62,814 nucleotides of DNA from a virus (taxonomy: Duplodnaviria > Caudoviricetes), in the IMG/VR virus record IMGVR_UViG_3300042543_000362, positions 1-62,814 of that record. The stretch is one strand, 5' to 3'. The translations under genes were made by a program, and so were the position numbers. Of the stretch, positions 1 to 7,130 are shown piece after piece; the stretch's first letter is position 1, and every line of letters starts with the position of its first letter. The notes beneath the pieces are model-generated. The model had not been told where the DNA came from and ran no database searches. It saw only the letters and a list, made by a program, of their open reading frames with translations.

Positions 1-1
1 C

Positions 2-400
2 CGGTTTGGCTCCAATGGCTACAACTCCGTCAAGACCCGTGGCGTGCTGCTGGGCAATGAGGGCCTGGTAGATCAGGAGCGCGGCGCAACAGTGTTTCTT
101 GCCGCTGATTCCAGGTTGGGCAGCGGAGCTCCTGACAACACCGCATTAAGTATCTTCAAGGTGGCAGGACTGGCAATCAATCAGACCACGCAGATCCTGC
201 CTAAGTACGTCCCTAGCTCTGCCACCTTCGGCGCACCAAACCCGGTCGGCGGCACCGGCAAGGAATACAACCCCGTGATCACCGCCGCCGCTCTGAATCA
301 GGCAAATGGCACGTTCTTCCTGAACATGGCGCTGAGGTCCTACGTGCGGGGGATCAGCCCCGAACATGGCTTCAACATCACCCCTAACGTTGTACTCTGA
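2..400 (+). CDS. C-terminal fragment of a large structural protein (probably tail fibre), 5'-truncated
   Basis: Frame is open from base 2 (RFGSNGYNSVKTRGVLLGNE...). It is G/N/T/A-rich and sits directly upstream of the lysis genes; probably the distal end of the gene cut at the window's right end. Confidence 0.6.
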   Translation, partial: RFGSNGYNSVKTRGVLLGNEGLVDQERGATVFLAADSRLGSGAPDNTALSIFKVAGLAINQTTQILPKYVPSSATFGAPNPVGGTGKEYNPVITAAALNQANGTFFLNMALRSYVRGISPEHGFNITPNVVL

Positions 401-579
401 TGACTCTCCCATCCGATCCTGGCTACATCCCTGCCACCACTGATGATCGGGTGCTGGCGTGTGAGTTGTATCAGTGGCTGCTTAGCATGAACACAGACCC
501 CTACGCATCGCACAGCTACGACCCTGGGCTGATCAAGGCGATAGAGGAGTGTGCGATGAGCAAGGCCTCCGCAGACTGA
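400..579 (+). CDS. small hypothetical protein (59 aa), possible fibre-associated protein
   Basis: Manually translated MTLPSDPGYIPATTDD...; TGATG coupling to the upstream ORF. Confidence 0.55.
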   Translation: MTLPSDPGYIPATTDDRVLACELYQWLLSMNTDPYASHSYDPGLIKAIEECAMSKASAD

Positions 580-599
580 GGCAGATCCGCTCCGCACCA

Positions 600-791
600 G
601 TGGGACCCGAGCTCATTCTTACCGCTCTTGGCCTCTGCGGCGCAGGGGTCACAGCTCTCTGGAAGATCGCCAACGGCCTAGGCAGATTTGAGGCCCGCAC
701 CACCACCATCCTTGGGGGGATTCAAGAGATGCTCAGAGACCACGAAGAGCGGATTAGGGACGTGGAGCGGCGGGCGGAGGCGGGGCGATGA
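600..791 (+). CDS. membrane protein with coiled-coil tail, holin-like
   Basis: GTG start; one hydrophobic segment (LILTALGLCGAGVTALW) followed by a heptad tail (LRDHEERIRDVE); lysis-cassette position. Confidence 0.5.
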   Translation: MGPELILTALGLCGAGVTALWKIANGLGRFEARTTTILGGIQEMLRDHEERIRDVERRAEAGR

Positions 792-1075
792 AACCCGACA
801 TGACCCGCCAAGCACCCGCGTGGCTAGGAGGCGTGACGGCCGGCCTGGCGATCGTCGGCGGCGTTGGTTACATCATTGATTGCCGCGTGGCGGGCGAGGA
901 ATTGGACAGCTGCTGGATGACCGGCCACAGCATGATCGCCCGCGCCTCTGACCTGGCCCTGGGCGCGGCTGCGGGCGGGGTGGTCGGGTACTGGACCAAG
1001 AACCCCGCCCTGCACCGCCGCGAAGACAACGCCCCACCCGGCGCCCGGCGCCTCCCCACTGACCCCGACGCATGA
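788..1075 (+). CDS. two-TM membrane protein, holin candidate
   Basis: Two hydrophobic stretches; ATGA-coupled; upstream of the endolysin. Confidence 0.5.
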   Translation: MKPDMTRQAPAWLGGVTAGLAIVGGVGYIIDCRVAGEELDSCWMTGHSMIARASDLALGAAAGGVVGYWTKNPALHRREDNAPPGARRLPTDPDA

Positions 1076-1227
1076 GCAAGATCCACCCTACCGCCGATCT
1101 CTTCCTCGGCCTGTTGGCCTGGCTGTTCACCACAGGGTTCACCGAGCTGGTGGTGAAGCCCGCCTGGCGCCGGCTCTACCGCCGCGCTGATCAATCCCTT
1201 TCCGACCGCTTGCCTGATCTGAAATGA
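1072..1227 (+). CDS. small membrane protein (51 aa), lysis accessory
   Basis: MSKIHPTADLFLGLLAWLFTTGFTELVVKPAWRRLY...; ATGA overlaps on both sides. Confidence 0.5.
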   Translation: MSKIHPTADLFLGLLAWLFTTGFTELVVKPAWRRLYRRADQSLSDRLPDLK

Positions 1228-2504
1228 CTTTCGCCACCTTTCGCGCCGCTTTTGAGCACGCCATCCGCCAAGGCCATTTGACGCCGCATCAGCTGGCCGC
1301 ATTGGAAGCGCACTGGGAACGGCAGACTGATAAGCAAAAGCAGGAGTTTACTGAAGACTGGCGGGCACAGGGGAGCCCTGCAGCGCCGGCTCCGGTGGCT
1401 GAGCTGGTGACGATGGCTCAGGCCACGGCGGTGTTCACCAGGTCGCCCAGCGCGTCGCAGCTGGCGGACCTGAACTCCTGCCTGCGGAGATTCGCGATCA
1501 ACACCCCGGCGAGGATCCGGCACTTCCTGGCCCAGGTCGGTCATGAATCCGGCGGCCTGCGGTGGATGCTGGAGCTCGCCAGCGGCGACGCCTACGAAGG
1601 CCGGCAGGACCTGGGCAACACCCGCACCGGTGACGGTCGCCGGTTCAAGGGCGCCGGGGCGATCCAGCTCACCGGCAGATACAACTACCAGCGCTTCGCC
1701 GACTACATCAAAGACCCCGACGTGATGGACGGGGCGGCCTACGTGTCGATCCGGTATCCGTTCACCTCCGCCGGATTCTGGTGGCACCTGAACGCGATCA
1801 ATGCGTTCGTGGATCAGGGCGCCAGCTGCCGGCAGGTGTCGGCGAAGGTCAACGGCCGCGACCCCGCCAACGGCTTGGCGGATCGGGAGGCCTACTTCGC
1901 CCGGGCAGTGGCGGCGATCTCGCTGGCTGGGCGGCCGGCGGTGCAGCTGCAGCAGCAGGGCGGCCACGGCAACCCGCTGCAGGTGCCCTGGTACGCGCAG
2001 ATGGACAGCGCCGACCGGGCCCAGGCGGCGCGGATGTGTTTCAGCTCCAGCTGCGCCATGCTGCTGCAGTACCTCAAGCCCGAGACCCTCGCCGGCCCGA
2101 ACGGCGACGATCAGTATCTGAAGCGGGTCCAGCAGTACGGCGACACCACCGACCCCACCGCGCAGATTCGGGCGCTGTCGAGCTTCGGGATCCGGGCGAA
2201 GTTCACCAAGGTGGCCGGGTTCGCCGACCTGGAGCAGCAGATCAACTGCGGCGTGCCCGTGCCGGTCGGGTTCCTGCATCGAGGCCCGGTGTCGGCACCC
2301 TCCGGCGGCGGCCATTGGCTAATCGTGGTGGGCTACACGAGGGATCACCTAATCGTGCATGATCCGTTCGGTGAGGCTGATCTGGTGAGCGGCGCCACCC
2401 TGGGCGGCGTGGCGCGGTTTATGAAGTACAGCCGGCGAAACTTCGGCCCACGGTGGATGGTGGAAGGCGCGAACACGGGATGGGCAGTCATCGCTGAGCG
2501 CTGA
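1224..2504 (+). CDS. endolysin: GH19-type glycosidase plus C39-like peptidase
   Basis: FLAQVGHESGGL and FKGAGAIQLTGRYNY (GH19); MCFSSSCAM, GGGHWLIVVGY and VHDPFG (papain-fold C/H/D). Confidence 0.85.
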   Translation: MTFATFRAAFEHAIRQGHLTPHQLAALEAHWERQTDKQKQEFTEDWRAQGSPAAPAPVAELVTMAQATAVFTRSPSASQLADLNSCLRRFAINTPARIRHFLAQVGHESGGLRWMLELASGDAYEGRQDLGNTRTGDGRRFKGAGAIQLTGRYNYQRFADYIKDPDVMDGAAYVSIRYPFTSAGFWWHLNAINAFVDQGASCRQVSAKVNGRDPANGLADREAYFARAVAAISLAGRPAVQLQQQGGHGNPLQVPWYAQMDSADRAQAARMCFSSSCAMLLQYLKPETLAGPNGDDQYLKRVQQYGDTTDPTAQIRALSSFGIRAKFTKVAGFADLEQQINCGVPVPVGFLHRGPVSAPSGGGHWLIVVGYTRDHLIVHDPFGEADLVSGATLGGVARFMKYSRRNFGPRWMVEGANTGWAVIAER

Positions 2505-2848
2505 TGCCCTTCGATCACCTGATCGACGAAACCCAACTCCAGCCCAAGAAAATCACCAAGGCCCGATTCAGGCGGCGAATCTTCGCCGAGTGGAACCACG
2601 CCTGCGCGTACTGCACCGACCCGGCGGACACCCTTGACCACGTACTGGCCCGCTCCTGTGGTGGGCTGACGGTGGCTAAAAACCTGGTGCCGGCCTGCCG
2701 CCGGTGCAACGGGGCGAAATCCTCGACGGACTGGCGGGAGTGGTTCGAGGCCCAAGACTGGCACTGCCAAGAGCGGGAGGACAGAATTGATGGATGGCTA
2801 GGAGGTGGTGTGCACACTGAAGGCATAGCCCAGGCTCCCCCGTCGTGA
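2504..2848 (+). CDS. HNH endonuclease
   Basis: CAYC...TLDHVLARSCGG...NLVPACRRCNGAK. Confidence 0.9.
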   Translation: MPFDHLIDETQLQPKKITKARFRRRIFAEWNHACAYCTDPADTLDHVLARSCGGLTVAKNLVPACRRCNGAKSSTDWREWFEAQDWHCQEREDRIDGWLGGGVHTEGIAQAPPS

Positions 2849-2863
2849 TAGCTATCTGAAGCA

Positions 2864-4015
2864 ATGACGACCGAACGCACCTATCAATGTCGCCGGTCAA
2901 AGGCTTGCAAGGCGTGGATTCCTGAATCGTCGGTTGAGTGGGTTGAACAGTCGAGCCAGCGGCGCCCTTTATGCAAGCCAGGGTACTGTCCGAGCGGCAA
3001 GCGAAACGACACGGCAGAGGAGCTGCTGGAGCTGCAGCTGGAGGCGCGCCGGCTGCGGGCAGAGACGCGGGATGCCAAGGCCAGCGCAGAGAGGGCCCTG
3101 GCCAAATTGGAGGCGGTGCAGGATGCGCTGACCGTAGCGCTTGAGATCAGGGACATTTTTGATCAGGGCGTTATCACCCCGCCAGAGGATCCGCAGAAGG
3201 ATGAGGCGGTGCCGATCCTGCTGCTGTCTGATCTGCACTGCGGGCAGATCGTCAAACCGTCATCCGTCAACGGGCTCAATGAGTTCAACCCCGAGATATT
3301 CGACGACCGGCTAGATGCTGTGTTCCGCAATGCGCTGAAGGTGATCAACGGGCAGCGGAGCACAGCAACAATCCGCGAGGCGGTGGTGTGGCTAGGTGGC
3401 GACCTGATCGAAGGGGAGCTGCACGGTGATGCGGTGCAGAATCAGACGCTGACCACGACTCAGCAGATCGTCAGGTGTGAACGGGCGATCGTGCGGGGGC
3501 TGGACTACCTGCTGCAGCATTCCGACCTGGAGAGGATCCTGATCCCCTGCAACGTGGGCAACCACGGGCGAAACACCAAGAAGCAGCAGAGCAACGCAAC
3601 AGAGAACAGCTACGAACACCTGGCGTACTGCTCAATGCGCCGGCACTACCGGGATGAGTCGCGGCTGGAGTGGTTCATCGCTGATGCTGACTGCCTCTAC
3701 CTGGATGTGTACGGCAAGCGATTGCGGTTCATGCACGGTGATCGGGTGCGTTATATAGGTGGCGCTGCGGGCCCAATGTGGAACGTGGACAAATATGTAA
3801 AGGATCTTGACCAAACGCTAGCGGCACACCATACTTTCCATGGCCATTTTCATACGCTTAGCTTCGGATCAAGGGCCACAGGTAATGGCAGCCTGCCAGG
3901 ATGCGCACCCTACGGCCTGCAAAGCGGCTACCGGATCGAGCGCCCACAGCAGGGGATGCGATTCCTGCACAGCCACAAGGGATTTGCCGGATCGTTCCCG
4001 ATCTTCACCGAGTGA
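2864..4015 (+). CDS. calcineurin-like metallophosphoesterase with N-terminal Cys/coiled-coil region
   Basis: SDLH, GGDLIEG, GNHGR, MHGD and GHFH motifs. Confidence 0.85.
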   Translation: MTTERTYQCRRSKACKAWIPESSVEWVEQSSQRRPLCKPGYCPSGKRNDTAEELLELQLEARRLRAETRDAKASAERALAKLEAVQDALTVALEIRDIFDQGVITPPEDPQKDEAVPILLLSDLHCGQIVKPSSVNGLNEFNPEIFDDRLDAVFRNALKVINGQRSTATIREAVVWLGGDLIEGELHGDAVQNQTLTTTQQIVRCERAIVRGLDYLLQHSDLERILIPCNVGNHGRNTKKQQSNATENSYEHLAYCSMRRHYRDESRLEWFIADADCLYLDVYGKRLRFMHGDRVRYIGGAAGPMWNVDKYVKDLDQTLAAHHTFHGHFHTLSFGSRATGNGSLPGCAPYGLQSGYRIERPQQGMRFLHSHKGFAGSFPIFTE

Positions 4016-4019
4016 CCGC

Positions 4020-4208
4020 CTAGGGCGTCGAGATCCCCCGGCTGGCGAGCATCATTCTGAGCACCGCGATAGCCCGCTCCCCTGAGTAGCACCTGACCCG
4101 CTTGCCCATCCCCACCACGACCCAACAGACGCCGCCGTTGGTATCGGTTCCTACTGTGATATGGGGCCGATCGTCGCCAGACTGGGGGATCACTGCAGCG
4201 GCTGTCAT
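4020..4208 (-). CDS. small hypothetical protein (start uncertain)
   Basis: Fills the gap between genes; residue pattern resembles ORF 12890..13102. Confidence 0.35.
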   Translation of the reverse strand: MTAAAVIPQSGDDRPHITVGTDTNGGVCWVVVGMGKRVRCYSGERAIAVLRMMLASRGISTP

Positions 4209-4596
4209 GCTCGGCCTGAATCTTTGCCTCAGTCTGTCGCGTCAGGCCATGATGGCTGATCACCGGCAGAGGGCCGCCAGGCTCAGCCGGGATGAGCTGT
4301 CGCAGTGGTGCGACGAGCTGATCCAGCGCTGCCACCAGCAAGAGCACCTGATTCTGGAGCTGCAGCGGTGCGCTGCCAACCTGATGGTGCAGAACGCCCT
4401 GGACGGCGCCCCGTCGTTCGGCGCTGTGAGCGATGAGCACCGGCAGATGGCCCGCGAGGTGCTGGGGGCAGGCCCTGAGCGCCCTGAGGGCTGGGTGCGG
4501 CGTGTGATGCGCCCTCACCTGCTGCGGGCCGCCAGGCTGGGCCGCGATGAGCTGGCGCTCAAAGGTGCGCAGCCGCTGGGGAGAGCCGACGGGTGA
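4207..4596 (+). CDS. helical protein, possible NblA-like
   Basis: LNLCLSLSRQ...LSRDELSQWCDELIQR...QEHLILEL resembles the two-helix NblA pattern; by eye only. Confidence 0.35.
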   Translation: MLGLNLCLSLSRQAMMADHRQRAARLSRDELSQWCDELIQRCHQQEHLILELQRCAANLMVQNALDGAPSFGAVSDEHRQMAREVLGAGPERPEGWVRRVMRPHLLRAARLGRDELALKGAQPLGRADG

Positions 4597-4715
4597 GCAT
4601 CACCAGTGGGCGCGGGAGTTGGGGAGGCGGTTGCCGTAGCGGTGACGTGTCGGCGGGTCAGCTGTTTCGCTGACGGGTTTGGTGGACGTGTTAAGAGGGT
4701 TGGGGTGGTGAGTGG

Positions 4716-4882
4716 GTGACGGATTGTGAACTGACCCCGTAGGTGGTTGCCAGTGTGTGCCCCACGGGTTACAGTGATGGCATCGGGAGGGAAACCTCTT
4801 CCGGGGCTCCGGCCCCTGGCCCACGGGGAGCCTGCCAGATCGTCGGCATTCCCCGCACCCACTCCACCGCCACTCGCCAGCT
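4716..4882 (+). promoter_or_regulatory. cassette promoter A1 with structured leader
   Basis: GTGACGGATTGTGAAC starts 54 bp before the -10-like TACAGT (4770); also GTGCCCCACG box, hairpins and CCACTCGCCAGCTATG; matches the copy at 6428. Confidence 0.7.
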
Positions 4883-5053
4883 ATGACCACTATTCGCTAC
4901 ATCCGAGCCATTGGCACCGTGATCAGTCGCCGCCTTTGGGCAACGTGCAAGTTCGGCAGCCTGGAAACCCTTAAAGGCATTTGGGCCGATTACACATCCG
5001 GCAAAATTGATTCTGCTGAGTATCACCAGCTGGCCGCCGATTTACTCGCCTAA
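4883..5053 (+). CDS. hypothetical cargo protein (56 aa)
   Basis: MTTIRYIRAIGTVISRRLW...; first ATG after promoter A1. Confidence 0.65.
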   Translation: MTTIRYIRAIGTVISRRLWATCKFGSLETLKGIWADYTSGKIDSAEYHQLAADLLA

Positions 5054-5057
5054 CCCA

Positions 5058-5084
5058 CCCCACGGCCCGCCGGAGCCCATCCGG
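5058..5084 (+). repeat. 27-bp direct repeat with hairpin, copy 1
   Basis: CCCCACGGCCCGCCGGAGCCCATCCGG; 26/27 identical to 5366..5392. Confidence 0.9.
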
Positions 5085-5110
5085 TAACCCATCCCACTAA
5101 ATTCAAACCA

Positions 5111-5365
5111 ATGGACACTCCCAGAAACATGCAATCCGAAACTGACACATGCTTGTGGACATTAGAAAATAACCTAGCGACCTACAAACATTGGCACGGT
5201 AAGACTGTCCGTTACGACCGACCCAGCCTGGAAGTGGCCATCCAAAACGTAAAAAACAATCAAAACGCCTACGCAACTTATGAAGCATATCAACGCGATT
5301 TGTTTCATTTTGAGCGCGGCCTAGGCCTTTTTAAGGCCGCCGAAGCTGCGCATCAAGCCGCCTGA
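5111..5365 (+). CDS. hypothetical cargo protein
   Basis: AT-richer ORF between the two 27-bp repeats. Confidence 0.65.
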   Translation: MDTPRNMQSETDTCLWTLENNLATYKHWHGKTVRYDRPSLEVAIQNVKNNQNAYATYEAYQRDLFHFERGLGLFKAAEAAHQAA

Positions 5366-5392
5366 CCCCACGGCCCGCCGGAGCCTATCCGG
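5366..5392 (+). repeat. 27-bp direct repeat with hairpin, copy 2
   Basis: CCCCACGGCCCGCCGGAGCCTATCCGG immediately after the stop codon. Confidence 0.9.
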
Positions 5393-5417
5393 CAGTCATT
5401 CACTCGCCACCACAACC

Positions 5418-5633
5418 ATGACCATCCCCACCCGCGCCGAGCTCCGCGCAGCGTTTGCTGATGCGATGGAGCGTGCCGGCTATGGCCTGATCCTGCCATC
5501 GCATGCCCTCGCCATCCGCGCCGCCGTGGAGGTGGTGCTGGGCGATCCGTCCCGTGACGCCACCCGCCCCACCACGGCCCGCCACCGTGCCCAGCTCCTG
5601 GCGCTGGCCGATGCGATCGAGAGTGGGGACTGA
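5418..5633 (+). CDS. hypothetical protein
   Basis: ORF after a CACTCGCC leader; GC-rich third positions. Confidence 0.6.
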   Translation: MTIPTRAELRAAFADAMERAGYGLILPSHALAIRAAVEVVLGDPSRDATRPTTARHRAQLLALADAIESGD

Positions 5634-5665
5634 GCATCACCACCCATCCACTCGCTATCACTACC

Positions 5666-5896
5666 ATGAACGTCCAGCAACTAATTGAAGAACTGCAGAA
5701 GCATCCGCCTGAAATGCGGGTGATTGTCGATGGCTACGAAGGCGGCTACAGCGATTGCAAGCCGCCAGAATCCACCCGGATTCGGCTGAATGTGCATGAA
5801 GAAGATAGGTGGTACTACGGGCGACACGATGACGCAAGCTATCCGCTCGGAGACCAAGCCGGCGCCATCGAAACCGCATTGCGGCTGCCTCGCTAA
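5666..5896 (+). CDS. 'MNVQQ' family protein, paralog A (76 aa)
   Basis: 22 of the first 30 aa identical to 31074..31304; same length. Confidence 0.8.
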   Translation: MNVQQLIEELQKHPPEMRVIVDGYEGGYSDCKPPESTRIRLNVHEEDRWYYGRHDDASYPLGDQAGAIETALRLPR

Positions 5897-6126
5897 TGCC
5901 CCTAACCCCCGCCGACAAAACCGCCCGCCATCGCCTCCGCCTGGCGGGCGACATCCCCCAGCTGCCCACCTGCCCCCAGTGCGGCCGCACCGTGATCAGC
6001 GACCGCACGGCGCCCCTGTGCTCCCGGTGCTGGAAACGATCGCCAGCTGCCAGGGAGTGGAACCGGGAGAGGGTGGTGAGGCAGCGCCAGAAATCACGCA
6101 CGCCATCATCAGGAGATCAGGGATGA
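5896..6126 (+). CDS. small basic C4 zinc-finger protein A, putative regulator
   Basis: CPQC...LCSRCW flanked by Arg-rich helices; paralog of 31304..31528. Confidence 0.7.
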   Translation: MPLTPADKTARHRLRLAGDIPQLPTCPQCGRTVISDRTAPLCSRCWKRSPAAREWNRERVVRQRQKSRTPSSGDQG

Positions 6127-6431
6127 GCAGCCACACCGCATTCAGAGTGATCACACCTCAGCGCCACACGCCTGGCTGGTTCCGCCGCTGGCTGCTGGCT
6201 CCACCTCCTGGCCCCACCATCGGCCGCAAGCGCCGCGCACGCAGGGCCAGGGGGCGGCGGAACGAGGCTAGGCAGGCACTGGGCCATGGCCACTGGTCCC
6301 GCGTGCCGCTCGACCCCAGCCGCCCGAGTCTGCTGGAGATGGGTGCCGCAAGGGGACACGTGATTGCTAAAACAAGCATTTTCAGCGTCAACCACTCACT
6401 GGGCGAGCCGTGGGAGGGCGCCGATTCGTGA
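6123..6431 (+). CDS. hypothetical Arg-rich protein
   Basis: ATGA-coupled to the zinc-finger gene; its stop overlaps promoter A2. Confidence 0.45.
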   Translation: MSSHTAFRVITPQRHTPGWFRRWLLAPPPGPTIGRKRRARRARGRRNEARQALGHGHWSRVPLDPSRPSLLEMGAARGHVIAKTSIFSVNHSLGEPWEGADS

Positions 6432-6529
6432 CGATCTGTAAACCGTCCGCCCTGGTGGTCGCCAGGGTGTGCCCCACGGGTTACAGTATGGGCATCGGAG
6501 GGGAACACCTCCACCGCCACTCGCCAGCC
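6428..6529 (+). promoter_or_regulatory. cassette promoter A2
   Basis: GTGACGATCTGTAAAC 54 bp before TACAGT (6482); shares GTGTGCCCCACGGGTTACAGT with A1; GGAGG/CCTCC hairpin. Confidence 0.7.
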
Positions 6530-6787
6530 ATGACCGCTCTGATCCCCGCCGCCAACTTCACCGCCCGCAAGCTGGCTGATTTCCGCGTTGATGTTCAGCC
6601 GGGCCAGTACATGCTCTGCAATGGCTGGGGTATCTGGGACGCCGCCGCCGCCGCATGGGTCGCCGGCCCGCGCGATGCTGAGGGCGTGACGGTGCTGGCG
6701 CCTTGGGCCTTCAAGACTCGCAAGGTGGCTCAGCTGGCCGCACGTGATGGCCTCATCTTCAGCCCCGGCTATCAAACCGTGGCCTGA
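6530..6787 (+). CDS. hypothetical cargo protein
   Basis: First ATG after promoter A2. Confidence 0.65.
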   Translation: MTALIPAANFTARKLADFRVDVQPGQYMLCNGWGIWDAAAAAWVAGPRDAEGVTVLAPWAFKTRKVAQLAARDGLIFSPGYQTVA

Positions 6788-6851
6788 TCCCACCCCACGG
6801 CCCCAGCGCCGGGCTTCCTATCACCCACCTCACCGCTTCGCCAGCGCCGCC

Positions 6852-7130
6852 ATGAACAACACCCAGCTCAAAAACCAGTTATTCCCCGAGCACCTCACTG
6901 GTGATCGCCCTGTTTTTACATGGCAAAAGACCGCCAACATTGGCGACGATCATGTGATCTGGTGGCTTTATTACGGATACGCAGATGGAGGGGGCACGCT
7001 TTGCTGCAGATTCTTTCATCCGCGCTCTGCGCCTCTTACTGGAAAAAGAAGAAAGGTCGTAGCGTTTCACTTGCGCGAACTAAAAGCGCAAGTTCGCAGG
7101 GATTGGCGCGCTCGCTTTCCCGCTTATTGA
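6852..7130 (+). CDS. hypothetical cargo protein
   Basis: AT-richer ORF after a CCCCACGGCCC element; converges on the sigma gene. Confidence 0.55.
   Translation: MNNTQLKNQLFPEHLTGDRPVFTWQKTANIGDDHVIWWLYYGYADGGGTLCCRFFHPRSAPLTGKRRKVVAFHLRELKAQVRRDWRARFPAY

Noticed and set aside
1191-2315. Long antisense ORFs (also 26868..28091, 24525..25355 and many others)
   Set aside because: Shadow frames of GC-rich genes that have clear motifs on the opposite strand.
5058-5392. Integron attC cassettes
   Set aside because: No integron integrase, and the hairpins are shorter than attC sites and lack their conserved end boxes.
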